Source: Haliotis cracherodii
Taxonomy: Eukaryota
NCBI RefSeq assembly: GCF_022045235.1
Contig: NW_027266268.1
Location: 12,400,001-12,464,000, forward strand
Length of the DNA: 64,000 bases
Direction of reading: 5' to 3'
The notes below the pieces were generated by a model that saw only the letters and a program-made list of their open reading frames with translations, was not told the DNA's origin and made no database searches. The translations under genes were made by a program, and so were the position numbers. This document shows, piece after piece, positions 26,145 through 39,184 of the stretch (within the stretch, counting starts at the first letter, position 1; every line of letters begins with the position of its first letter).

Positions 26145-26278
26145 TTTATGAACCCCGCAGAGCAATATTCCAGCAATATCATGGTGAAAGGACACCAGAA
26201 GTGGACTTCACACATTGTACCCATGTGGGGAGTCCCACCCAGGCCTTCGGCATGACTAGTCTTCCCCTGGCTGCCCCT
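26145..26278 (-). mobile_element. SINE family B, degraded
   Basis: AGCAATATTCCAGCAATATCA..GGACACCAGAA..TTCACACATTGTACCCATGT. Confidence 0.8.
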
Positions 26279-26399
26279 ATATACATATATATGCACAAAA
26301 CAGGCACACCAGTGGTTGATAGCATGTAGAACAGACCATGCTGTTAGGTTCTTATTTCAGTCTGCTCTTATAACATGCAAGGGATACTCAGAGGACTTA

Positions 26400-27090
26400 A
26401 TCTGCCCAGGAATTTAAATGGGAGACTAGCATGGTGTCCCATGGACCTCTTCTACACTGGAATCCCCACTGGGAGACAAGCATGGGTTTCTGGGGACCTA
26501 GTCTAGCCTCAAATGTCAAGCATTAGGGGCCTATTCTACCCCCAAAATCCCAACAGTTGTCAAGCATTAGGGGCCTATTCTACCCCTCAAATCCTAACAG
26601 TTGTCAAGCATTAGGGGCCTATTCCACACCCTAAATCCCGACAGTTGTCAAGCATTAGGGGCCTTTTCTACCCCCAAAATCCTGACAGTTGTCAAGCATT
26701 AGGGGCCTATTCTACCCACAAATCCCAACAGTTGTCAAGCATTAGGGGCCAATTCTACACCCAAATCCCAATGGTGAGACACAAGCACTGATTGACCTGT
26801 TATACCCAAGAATCCCTACAGTGGCAACCGTTCAGGGCCTATTCTACCCCAGAATCCCAATGTGAGACAAGGACCTAGGGTCCTTATCTACCCCCAGAAT
26901 GCAAAAGATGTGATAAGCACTAAGAGGCCTCTTAAACCCCCAGTATCCCAATGGTGAAACAAGCATTAAGAGAAATATTATACTCCAGAATCCCTACAGT
27001 GAGACAAGTGTTAGGGGACTATTTTATCCGAGAATCCCAATGGTGAGACAAGCAGATGATGTCAAGGACCTATTCTGCCCTTAAATACCC
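26400..27090. repeat. about 44-bp degenerate minisatellite derived from the SINE D head
   Basis: Core unit GTTGTCAAGCATTAGGGGCCTATTCTACCCCCAAAATCCCAACA; the unit at 26474 reads GACAAGCATGGGTTTCTGGGGACCTAGTCTA. Confidence 0.85.
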
Positions 27091-29690
27091 CCAAGGAACC
27101 TACAGTATATTAAGGCGCCTGTGGTGATGATGGTCATTAATGTTGAAGCAACCAGAAAATATGGGTATAGCAATCTCCTTTGATGAGATGCTCAATAATT
27201 AATGGTAATTGATCAATGAGGCTTTTAACATGAAGGGCGTTGAGCGACTGATCTGGCTGAATATTCTGACAACATTACCAGTAATGTCACTGAGTAGACA
27301 AGCCACAGATGAAGTACGGTAAGCTTATTGCATGGTTGGTTGAACTGAAGCTGATGCTTTTATCGGATTACATGTGTACTAAAAAACAAAACAAAAATAT
27401 TATTAATTATTGAACAGATCTGGGGAAAGTTTTACAAAAATAAAAAGAAGCTAATGACAGATTTTTTTAATTCCTATTCTTTTTTTAAGCCTGTTGACTA
27501 ATTTCTGTAAAATCGTAGATTAATCAAAAGAAGTAACAGTTTCAAATACATTTCAAACAGGATATGTCTCTTTCATGTCATTGTTTAATATTATTTCACA
27601 CTTGCGATAATCATTTGAAAATGTTTTGTTAATTTTTACAAAAAATTAAAAAAGAAATATCTGCAAACCATTATTTACTGATCACAATGTTGTTGTTGTG
27701 CACAAAAGTTTTTACGTATGTCCAGATAAAGAATATACCTATAATATTCAAGATATATGCAAGACAGGATGAAATTTCATGACCATAACTGTATGAATAT
27801 TCTTATAATGTTGTTTGACGTATCCGACATCAGGGTCAACAATTTGATATTCTTGGGGGCCTGGGACTTCTTAAAAAGAACAAAATGATATTCCAGAAAC
27901 ATAATCGCGGGATCCACTAGACGTACTAGATGTCATGAAAAAAAATACATTGTCAGAAAGTATATGTCTTAAAGCTTTGTGACCAAGAATATTTTGTTTC
28001 TAACTTACCGGGTAATCACAAAATCAAAATCCCGCTTTCTCCTCCCTCTTTCCTCCCCACTTTATCACCCAGAATGTCAAGCGGTTGGCTCCTTAGCTGG
28101 ATTGCATTGATTTCACTGGCTGTGTTTGCCACAAAATCTTGAGTTTACTGATCAGACTTTTAAGTATAATTTAGTTTGAGCTTTTACCAGCAAGACCAAA
28201 ATAGTTGTTACTATAGACTCAAGCATCAGTCTAGAGGCTTGCAGACACAGAATGACATGTGGAGCTGTAAGTGTGCTGACTGTGCAGTATCATGCATCCT
28301 CTGTATCTCCTGGGCTCACGTTTTGGTAGACCTACACCAACCCCTGGAGGTTGTTACACACAACCAAATGTTTTCCCATACACTTTTACCAACCAATCAG
28401 TTGTTGAGATAAGGAAATGGGTCCGGGAGGACTTTCCACCACCAGACATGAAAAAACCCTTTACTATTTCATCAAAATGTTTTTTGATAGTTTTATTTTG
28501 CATGTCAGTCAGGTTTTCAGTGTTGAATTGCCAGGGGATCCAGGGGATCCAGGGGTTAGTGTCGGTTTACTGACATGCGAGCCCTGGAGATATAGAGGAT
28601 CCATTATTGACTGTTTAAAGGGAAAGTGGACACGTTGTGAGAGTTATGTAACTGCAAGATCAGAATTTATTATCAGTGTTACTTCCATCCAACTGTTTTG
28701 TTGAGAAAGGAGATTTGAGTATTGATGAACCTTGCCAGTGTACCAGAGCATTATGCAACATTTTGATTGGGCAGAAAGACATCTCTGCAAGGTATTTGAT
28801 TGGTTTCAATGCAGAATAGATGGTCATTGTTCTATCATGACTTCATTTCTGGAGATTCTAACATGCGCTCTACAACTTGATGATGTATGTGGGACAACGT
28901 TATTTTTGAGAGGGGAGTGTCTTGTGAGTTGATCCCTACAGATATAGCTGAGCAACGTAGATAAATATGATGGCCGAATGTTCGCATCCAAAACGGGAGA
29001 GATATGACAATCAGTATTGTGAGAAAAGGTACAGGTAATCGACTTGAGGATATGCAGGAAATATTCACCTGTGTGTAAAATGGACTGGTCCTACTTTGCC
29101 TAGGTCGGATTCTATTGAGGGAGTAATCATTATTAAGATACTGGTAAATATTTTTAAAGCATGTACATTTTATCATTATCCTTAAAGAGGCTGTAAATAA
29201 TGTTGATATCTCATATAAGTAATAAATGCCCCGTGGTCCTCGTTTATCGTACAATAAAACAATGCAGGGAGAATAAACCACTCAATACTATAAACAACTT
29301 GTCTTTTAGTGTTTACGATCAACAACTTCCACTCGTTTTTTATTTCTGAAATATTATGCACTCATAATATCCAAGTCAAAATAACCTTTGAAAATGACAA
29401 AGTTGAAGCCTAAACAAAATGTTCTGATTAACTAGGATGTAAATCAGTTTAGTGGGCTGCATCCCCCTCCTTTCTCATGTTATTTTGTCAATAGTGCATT
29501 ATGTGATTCATCCTGCATCTGCGGACATTAACATGGAAACTGAATATTCTCCTTCAGTACCAGGTTAATCAATGGATAATGTCTATTCTGATCCTATTTG
29601 TCACTGATATGACACAATAGAAAATGTTCAGTAAAGTGTACATAGTCACAAGTGGAAGGTTGCGACACATTGAAGATTCCCATGTATATA

Positions 29691-29808
29691 TCACTCAAAA
29701 CAAGTTAAGGAACACCCACAATTGGATGCCTGTGTCGCAATACCCAACAGTCATGACAGATTAACTATAGCCATGAAATAATTGTGTTCTTTTACTTCTT
29801 TTGAGTAG
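29691..29808. mobile_element. Tc1/mariner-type MITE related to 1615-1737
   Basis: Degenerate TIR ACTCAAAACAAGTTAAGGAACAC / GTGTTCTTTTACTTCTTTTGAGTAG, TA flanks, shared internal CATGACAGATTAAC. Confidence 0.75.
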
Positions 29809-30038
29809 TATATCAGGATTGCGATGGCTGGGTACATATTTGTCAGTGGTAAATATTGACAGTCTTACATGCACAGTCTATCTTGGGGCCTAATTGATGA
29901 GTGAAAAGTCCCAAGTAGATCCTTATAAATAGCTTTACATTATGCAAACTGAGTATTTTGGGGTTTGTCATTGAGGTGACATTGTATATATGTGTATGAC
30001 ATAATGAAAAGGGTGGATGGTACAGTTTAATTGACATT

Positions 30039-30194
30039 CTGAGTGAGTATTGTTTTATGCGACTTAAGCAATATTCCAGCATTATCACAGCGGCGGAAAC
30101 CAGAAATGGGCTGCACACATTGTACCCATGTGGGGAATCAAACCCGGGTCTTCGGCATGTGAACGCTTTAACCACCAGGCGACCCCACCGCCCA
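30039..30194 (-). mobile_element. SINE family B
   Basis: Full-length reverse copy; 10-bp TSD AATTGACATT. Confidence 0.9.
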
Positions 30195-30719
30195 AATTGA
30201 CATTATTAACAGTGAAAATGATATGTTATGCCTGAAGAGGTGTGTGGCCATTATAAGGGATGCATAGTGAGAGTGTTATTTCCTTGTTTGTTTGTTGTTT
30301 AAGATGTGCTGTGACAGCCATGCACCAATTATTATGATTGTGTTCTGTAAATAATTGAAACTGGACAAATTAGGGATTGATGATCAGCCATGTCACTGAG
30401 CCATGCCATCAAGATCCATTTTGTTTTCACATAAGGTCACAAAAGGTTTAACTGGGTATTTATTCTAACCAAGAGCACCAAGAGGGTCAGACCTCTGCTT
30501 GTTGTGAGAGACAGCTAAATGGATGATCAGGTGGTTGGTAACTTGGTTGAATGCAATGGTATAGGGTGTTGCTCATAATATCAGTCACTAGTTTGTCTAC
30601 TCCATACTTGTTTATGTACAGGCCGCTATCTTATTGCTGTAATATTGCTGACTGCAGCAGTAAACAACAAAAAAGAAAGTGATGATGGTGATTTTCAATG
30701 GAAAATGCAATGAATGAGG

Positions 30720-31250
30720 GTAATCATTATATGATGGTGACATGTCAGTAATGCTGATGAGAGATGGTGTGATGCTGATGAGAGATGGTGATGTAATCAT
30801 CAGGTGATGATGTGAGGGTGACTTGACAGTGACGGGATGGTGATGTGATGGTGACATGTCAGTGATGATGTGATGGCGATAAGTCAATGATGATGTGCTG
30901 GGGACAATATGGTGACGCGATGGTAACAATAAATTCACTTGATGGTAACATGATGGTGACAATAAATTCACTTGATGGTGACAATAAATTCACTTGATGG
31001 TGATGCGATTGTGACAATAAATTTACTTGATGGTGATGAGATGGTGACAATACATTCACTTGATTGTGACGTGATGGTGACAATAAATTGACTTGATGGT
31101 GACAATAAATTGACTTGATGGTGACGCGATGGTGACAAGGAAGATGATGGTAATTCAGAACAAGTCATGACCAGGTGGTATAAGATAGAAATATGACAGT
31201 TAAGGTAGTGACAATGATAATGATAAAACAATAATGATGACATGACCATC

Positions 31251-31281
<31 letters not shown>
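30720..31281. repeat. degenerate GATGGTGAC-based repeat plus (CAT)n microsatellite
   Basis: CACTTGATGGTGACAATAAATT units at 30920-31140; (CAT)n at about 31252-31281. Confidence 0.85.
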
Positions 31282-31282
<1 letters not shown>

Positions 31283-32166
31283 TCCAACAGATCCAATGAT
31301 CCATACCCTAATTAGATATTTCTGCATCAGCAAGTCAGATACCCACATGGAGTCAGCTTCGCTTGGTGTCAGTTACGCTTGGTGTCTCTCTCTGTCACTC
31401 AAACTAAGCTGCAATCAGCGAGCTATCCGCGCTATTGATCTGGGAAAATCATGCTTCAAGAAGATGAGATGTAACATCGTTAACATGCACAAAGCGCAGA
31501 TATTATCAGGAGAACCTGGACGTTGTGCATTTGTTTCTCTCAGTGTCCAGGGTAAGACGTCTCTGTCAGTGGTATATTTCAGGTTGGAGTCACGTATTGC
31601 CCTGCTTAGTGGTTGACGTAAGTATTACATTGTCGTCATTATGTGCACATTCCATGATCAATAGAAGTTGTCATTTGTCTTCCAATTTTAGAAGCAAGAA
31701 CAGCAAAGTCCTGAACGTTTATGCCTTGTGAATGTGTGTAATATTTTTATCAAATATATTTTTAATCGGGTAGAGGTTATTTGAAATCTGTTAACTTAAT
31801 TGTCCAAAGTTTATTAGCAAGGGTGGCAAAGTTGAGATTGTCAATTCTTCAATTTGTTTAATATTTGTTTCAAAGAAATATTTTGAATCTGAATCATATG
31901 GAGATGGTTTGGTATCAGTTCACAAAAAATAATTGGAATGTGGGTGTTCTTGATTATCTTGGAGACTGCTTAAAACCAGTGTATTCAGTGAGTGAGTGAG
32001 GTGGGGGAAGTTGGTTTTGCACCACTTTAACTTGCCATGTTGTCAGAATTTGTTAGTATCTGGTGAGTCCCTGTTTTGCAAAACAATCTCTTGTCACACA
32101 GTGAGTGCACTGCAGGATGTCAAACCAAAGTCTTGATACCAGAACTCCAAATATTCCATCTGAAGA

Positions 32167-32338
32167 GGGGCGGTCGGGTAGCCTAGTGGTTAAAGCGTTT
32201 GCTCGTCACGCCGAAAACCCGGGTTCGATTCCCGACATGGGTACAATGTGTGAAGCCCATTTCTGGTGTCCCCCGCCGTGATATTGCTGGAATATTGCTA
32301 AAAGCGGCGTAAAACCATACTCACTCACTCACTCACTC
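32167..32338 (+). mobile_element. SINE family B, young full-length copy
   Basis: Intact A and B boxes; 11-bp TSD CCATCTGAAGA. Confidence 0.95.
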
Positions 32339-32972
32339 CCATCTGAAGAACGTTTGGCTTTACAATTTGTTCATGATGTTGTTGTTTCAAAACAATTAAA
32401 AATACAGGAATGCCAAATAACCTGCAACATCCACTAGACTGAATAGTGCTAACATATGGGGACATTCCTAAAAAACCTTAGGGATACCTTTAACGTTAGA
32501 TGACCTGGCTCAGGCTAGCGGCCTTAAGTACCAAGTTGCGTCCTGATTGAAAAAAACATGAAATTGCAAAAATCTATTTCTTAAACATATGGACTGAAAG
32601 GTAGAATAAAGAAAATATGCATTAAATTTATAATAACTATAGAAACATATTTCTTAGATATGTAGGAAATATATTCTCAGGACAAAGGCATAAAGGATGT
32701 GCCATGGTCACGTATTTGCTGTCATGATTGTTTTAGATTCTTGACAATGTGAAAGTCAACTGACTAAATTAATTAGAAGGCCTATGGGAATATCTGATCT
32801 TTGATAATTAATGTTTCTTTTGAAATTTAGAAGATGTTAAAAGTAATGATCATCCTTGTTATATAAATATCTTTTCTCTTCAGCCACATTCCTGTAAAAA
32901 TCAATCTGCCTCTCAGATGACTCATGGAAGGCCTTTTTCCACTGTTGTTTCCCCTAGGTTTTGTCATATTGG

Positions 32973-33162
32973 ACTTTGAAAGGCATTTAGAAGTGATACA
33001 CATAAGGAAGAGAATATATGAATGTCAACTTCTTTATTATGAGGAACACAACGTTTCGGAGTATGTGCTTACTCCTTCACCTGATGAAGCAGTAAGCATA
33101 CACTCCAAAACGTTGTGTTCCTCATAATAAAGAAGTTGATATCCATATATTCTCTTCCTTAT
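32973..33162. mobile_element. palindromic Penelope-like element remnant with a degenerate hammerhead core
   Basis: 78-bp inverted arms (33002-33079 / 33085-33162, 6 mismatches); CTGATGA at 33081-33087; the consensus of the arms gives GGAGTA-loop-TACTCC-GAAACGTT; second copy at 48008-48164. Confidence 0.65.
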
Positions 33163-35239
33163 ATTCAACTTTGTTGTAGTTGAAAATTCCTTTACCTGAA
33201 CATACCTTTATAGTGTCACCGAAAAATTAAGACTTCATTTATTTATTTTTGAAAATAAACCATGTTAATGTTTTATGACATGACATAATAATATTAGTTT
33301 TATTACTTTCCAAAAGTAGTCAATAAGCCATAATTTGTGTCTACATTGTAAGCCATAACTAATTATCTTCAGCAACCTAAACACATGAACATTTTGTAAC
33401 ATTCAAGTATTCTTTTGCTCTTAGAAGATCAAGAAAACCTTTGTTATATTGCAGATGTTATGGCATTATTATGAGTTTGGCATTATGTAATGTGTTTGGC
33501 ATTATAATTAGTTGGCCATTCTGTTAGACAAACGGTTTAGCGCTTGTTATTAGATGCAGTGAATGTCCTTTTGTGCATATGATGAAGACATTTGTAAGCT
33601 AGGTTTGGCATTAAATTGTCATTGATATTTTATAAAGAGTTTTTAATATTGTGGGTTCAGCATTATTAATGAGCATTGATTAGTTGGTATTCTATAGTGA
33701 GTTTGGTATCATTATGAGTTTGAATTTCACGAGCCAGTTTCTTTTACTTATTCAGTTGACGGTGTTTGTGGAGTTAGAAATAAATCTTGTTGATTTCTTT
33801 TAGAGATGGTAAGGTAACCACAATCATGATACAATGTATCCTGGTATACATTTGTTACAGAAATATATTAACAAACCATTTTCCAACACCTGTGTTACCA
33901 CACTTAGCAATATCCATCCTATATGGCTACAGCCTGTACATAATCAAGTCTGGACCAGACAATCCAGTGATTGATGTTGTGAGCAGTGTGGTACGATGAC
34001 ATGCAAACAAATCACCAATTAATTGGTTAATTTTCCAGGACACTTATTGTCATCCAGAATATCTCAAGATTTCTTTTTCATATTCTCTGTGGGCAACTAG
34101 ATGGGGAACCCATGGGCATTTGGGGTTGAATTAGGTCCCTATAGCAATCTATTAATAGATAAGGTGATTACTAGGTTGACCCTGATGATGTGAATCGTTG
34201 CTCATCTTATCAATCACTGGATTGACTGGTTCAGATTAAATTATTTACAGACTTCCATCATATAGTTGGAATGTTAGACAACAAACACACACACTCTTTT
34301 TCAAATGTGTTTATGATAATTTAACAGTGCTTTTGCTGGAGACAATGGCTTTAAGAGATATGTTCCTCTTTTCTCAACTTTCTTTAGGACATTCTTCTGT
34401 AACATTACCAAATTTGAAAAATATATCTTAGGATATTTTTGCAACAATCAGTCAACACCCAAGAAAAAATAGTGATGTGAAACCCTATAGTGTGTAATAA
34501 AATGTTGTATCAAAAGTTGATATAATGATGTAGTTTCTTTGTCCTCAATGCCAAGTGTCCCTCTAAAGGTCAAAGTGCAAGCACTAATGCACCAATATAT
34601 GTACACTCAGTTATAGCCATATCGATAAATCAATGCGTTATTACATATCTATTAAATAGTAACCATATATGTTTGTAAACCAAGTAATAGTGGCTTCATT
34701 GAGAACCCAAGAAAGACATCAATATTTGTGTATCTTGTTAAGGTCATTACTTGAGAGGTATTCCCAGAACAGTGCAAGTACACGCTGCCACTGGTAAATG
34801 ACTTCTGTATCATGGAGTTATTGTGTTGCGTAGCTGTAAGCCTCATTTCCAGACTATGTCGACATGTGGTGCTAATTAGCTTACTGAATCTTCCCGCTTT
34901 CTCCTGTCCCACAATGCTTTGCAGTCCCAACCATTTCTGAGGAAGATGAATTTATAGATCGGGGAGTGATATTTGGAGTCTTGTAAGGCTGCTAGGAGCT
35001 TTGGTGGATGCAAGGAGGTTTGGGTTGTGTAACGGAAGATAAGTTATTGGGAGGACGGGATATAGCAATCTGATGAGGTTTGTTGGTCTACGTTTATTTA
35101 GTTTATTGTTTTAATATTTGGTATCATTATGATGTTTCTGTTTCATTTGCTGTGGGGATTTTAAACTATTATTCTTATGATGTAAATGTATATTGACTGT
35201 AACTGTTCAATGTCAGTGTTTTCGTTTAATTTTATAATA

Positions 35240-35563
35240 CTGTATTCGACATAATGAGCGACCCGCTCTAATAAGCGCCCACGGCGATATTTGCTAATAT
35301 ATATTGGCTAGGGTAACAATCCCAGTTAGCACCCCTTCCGATTGTTCAATGTACACAAGACTTATTTATTCGTGTATAATACGTGTGTTATATACATCCT
35401 CAATTATAGAAATTAAATTCTGGAAAAACATATCTGTCGCATATAAACATTTCAGGCTGTCAGCATAAACCACGAAATTTACGATCTTTCAAATAATATT
35501 CTAATAGGAGCCCCCATTTCTAATTTTGAGAGCGCCCTGGGTGCTTTTTCATGTCGTATACGG
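35240..35563. mobile_element. MITE family E
   Basis: Degenerate TIRs, TA flanks, interior homologous to 45952-46296. Confidence 0.9.
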
Positions 35564-36274
35564 TAGTGATAGTTGATAGTGATTTATGGTAATTCAGTGA
35601 GTATAATAGTGGTTTCATATTGTCTACAAATGTCTTAGAATGTTAAGCCATTAATGCAAAATACTTATGCCATCCTTAAATCATGAGTAATGATGGCTGT
35701 TAGTGTAGATATTTACACTTTATATACACGACAACAATTCTTGAGAGTCACTTAAAAGCATAAGCCTTACTGTGTTCAAATTGAGCTTGATCATCAACTT
35801 GTTCAAATAAGACCCTCCTTATCATTTTTCATTATCATATTGAAGTGACTAATGGTGGCATTAATTAAGATAAAGTAGATCAGAAAAATTGTCAATCAAC
35901 ATGTGTAAATTTATATTTGTTGATAGATTCAAGGTACTATAGATTACTAAGTACACTGTAATACAGGTTTACTTCTCAGAAGATTGCAAACTGGTGAACA
36001 CAACTTCTCTTAATGTTTTATTTTCTAAAAGTTTCGGCTTTTCATGCTTCTTCTTTCCAAAGCTTGATCTTTGTATGTTCAACTTTATTCTATATCATTA
36101 GTAAGTTGGCATGTGTTGAAAATATTATTGTATTTAATATTGATCACTTCAACTTAAGTCTTCAGTGTGTGTGTACATTTAAAGAAATACAACATTATGG
36201 AAAGAAACATGACACACAACTGAAATATGATTCGTGTCCCCTCATCTCAGTGTTGCCTGCTGGTATTGACTTGC

Positions 36275-36422
36275 NNNNNNNNNNNNNNNNNNNNNNNNNN
36301 NNNNNNNNNNNNNNNNNNNNNNNNNNNNNNNNNNNNNNNNNNNNNNNNNNNNNNNNNNNNNNNNNNNNNNNNNNNNNNNNNNNNNNNNNNNNNNNNNNNN
36401 NNNNNNNNNNNNNNNNNNNNNN
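36275..36422. other. assembly gap
   Basis: Run of N. Confidence 1.
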
Positions 36423-36750
36423 TCAGCAATATTCCAGCTATATGACGGCAGTCTGTAAATAATCGAGTCTGGACCAGATAATCCAGTTAGCACCCCTTCC
36501 GATTGATCAATGTACACAAGACTTATTTATTCAAGTATGATACCAACTCGTGTGTTATGTGCACCCTTAATTATGGTCAATTAAATTCTGGAAAAATATA
36601 TCTGTCGTATATGAACATTTCAGGCTGTCAGCATAAACCACAAAATTTATCTTTCAACTCTGTTTTTTTTTCACCAAAATAATATTCTAAAAAGAGCCTC
36701 GATATTTCTAATTTTAAGTGTGCCCTGGGCGCTTATTATGTCGAATACAG
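36423..36750. mobile_element. SINE D 3' fragment (minus strand) joined to the right part of a family E MITE
   Basis: SINE D to about 36487, then TAGCACCCCTTCCGATTG...GGGCGCTTATTATGTCGAATACAG-TA. Confidence 0.8.
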
Positions 36751-37415
36751 TAACTGGAATACTGATCACAGAGGTGTTCACTCCCTTAATATGGCATTAC
36801 AAGTATATTGTTCAATATGTGGTAATCCCAATTAATATTCTCTGAAAATACTGGTGTCTTCATTATGTAATTGAATACCAAATGAACTAAAAAGTTAGGA
36901 AATGAAGAATATTCCCAATTATATTAAAGATGATGAGTTCAACTGCTGCCATACCCACAAATCATCTTGTGCATCCTGCATATGCCAGAGATGAGGTTAC
37001 ACTGCATCTGTGGTGAGAGTGTAAGTAATCAGCCATATTACCAGGGGGAGGTAGTGTAGTGCCTTGCTATATTACAACACCACGCAGCGAGAGTGCAGTG
37101 AGTAAATAGCAAGTTTTGAAAAAAGCAATGCTGGCAATGAGGGATGATGAATTTTGGCCGGTCTATTAAATAATTTACTTAGTATCTTTTGTCTGAGGAA
37201 TTTATTAAACCTAATTATTTAATTAAAAACATTCTGGAATAACAAGTCCTTAAAATCATCACTTGTATGCGAAGTTTTAAAGTAAGGATGGACGGGTCCT
37301 ATTCAAAATGTTCATGTTTACTGATCCTGTTAATCCTGGTAAGACGCGGCATGAGTAATCGCGTGAGGATTTTGGTGCTGAATAGGCCCCAAGTACCCCC
37401 ATTCTTGTCATAATA

Positions 37416-37660
37416 GGTACCGCTCAGTGGTTGAGTGGATAGAGGCCATTTCCCAGGAGAGCGGAAGGTTGGTGGTTCAAACCCCCGACATGTCATAAAA
37501 AATAGGTTGTTGAAAGATGGTACTTGCTTTGTCCCTTGGTGCTAAGCATTTAAAGGGGATCAAACAAGGACTGGTCAGGTCGGAGTCTGTATAATGTATC
37601 TCAGGGGTATCCATGTTAAACTGTGGCGTGGGTTTACGCTATAAAACCAAGGCGGACTGA
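37416..37660 (+). mobile_element. SINE family A, degraded
   Basis: tRNA-like head GGTTCAAACCCC; AAAGATGGTACTTG; AAACAAGGACTGGTC. Confidence 0.75.
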
Positions 37661-39184
37661 TGTTGTATTGGAGAAATAGATCTGATTTTGATGAGATTGT
37701 CAAAACAAGTGGGTACTTTCTAATAGGTAATTTAAAGTGACGACTGACACGGGGCCTATTGAAAACGAGAACACTTTCTGTTTCCCTGTCCTTTGTACAA
37801 TACAGAAAGAAATGCAATATTATCACCAGTTGGAATATGTCACCCAGAAAACTGCAATGAAACTATGTTATAACTTATCATGAATCTTAACAATTAAAAC
37901 ATCAAAAAAATTAATTTAATAAATGCGTTTTTTACCATAAAACCAACATAAGCCTTAGTATAGACTTCAAGTTTCAAGTAGAGTCTATAATGGGTGGTCA
38001 TGATGGCATGTTTAATGACATAAAGGCATGTCATCAACCTTTGCCTTGGCTGACTTTTTTTAGAATTAACTAGAATAGCAGGAATATCTCACTCACATGT
38101 AGATTTGACATGCTGTAGACAAAAGCTGAATGACTCCATTTATTCCTGACACTCTACTCAGGGTTCTGGGTTCAGCAGGTCTGACGCTCGTTGTCCGGCT
38201 TCTGATTGTGTGTCATCATACCAGACAGTGATGGACATTGCTTATACTATCACACACAGGTTTGCTGGGTCCAGACACAATTGTTTACAGGTTTCTGTCA
38301 TTTGGTGGAATAGTCATAAACTGAGTGTGGCATAAAACAACCAACAGATTACTGCCTGTCTGTATGCATGTCTGACACTCACAGTCAAGGGCTGACGGGA
38401 CCTTGTGTTGGCAGTGTGTGCAAGGAATGAGGTGAATGTGTGTTCAAGTTGTTGTGACTTCCATTTGGAACAACGCTAATATTTTGGGAGGTGATGTAAA
38501 GTCGTGGCCATTGATCATCCATGCTGTAAGAGAGCACACATTCCCCCCAGTCACGCCTTAAAGCACCATTGTCAGCTATGGAAGAGTTATTGATTTCAAG
38601 CCCACCATCTTCTCGACCAAGATTGTGAAATATTAAGTTCGTTTTACAGCATATAACATGTAAGTCTTTGATTTTTTAGTCAATATTATGATTTTGTCAT
38701 CTCACTGCCAGTGGGATGTTCATTCTGTCAATACTTTGAGAACATTTTTGTATATACAGTTACAAATTGAGGGATTATTCAATATTTTTATCTGTAAGTT
38801 CTACAGATAAAATTCAACGTATCATCCAAGCAGTATTTATCCAACAAGACAATCATTGATCCCATGTTCCATACTGATTCACAAAGTATAAGTGATTACA
38901 TATGAGGGTAAATATATTGATTATTGATCTCCAGCTTCATATATTTTTGACAGGCTGAAGCACCATTTCTGCTTGGCTTCCCTTGTTAAAACAATGAGTT
39001 CTGGCATATTGATGTGAAAGTTTGTCAGAAATAGACACATTAGAATCAGTTTATGGGAGCTTAGTTCGCATGCAATACAGCAGCAGTAAGTAATGTGTGG
39101 ATTATTATACCCCAGTGGGTTCTGTAATGAATTGTCAGAGGAATAAAAGGAAGAATTTTGTACAGATTACACACAGAAGATATA

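Noticed and set aside
30612-31616. His/Ser/Asp-rich ORFs
   Set aside because: They derive from GAT/CAT-based low-complexity repeats.
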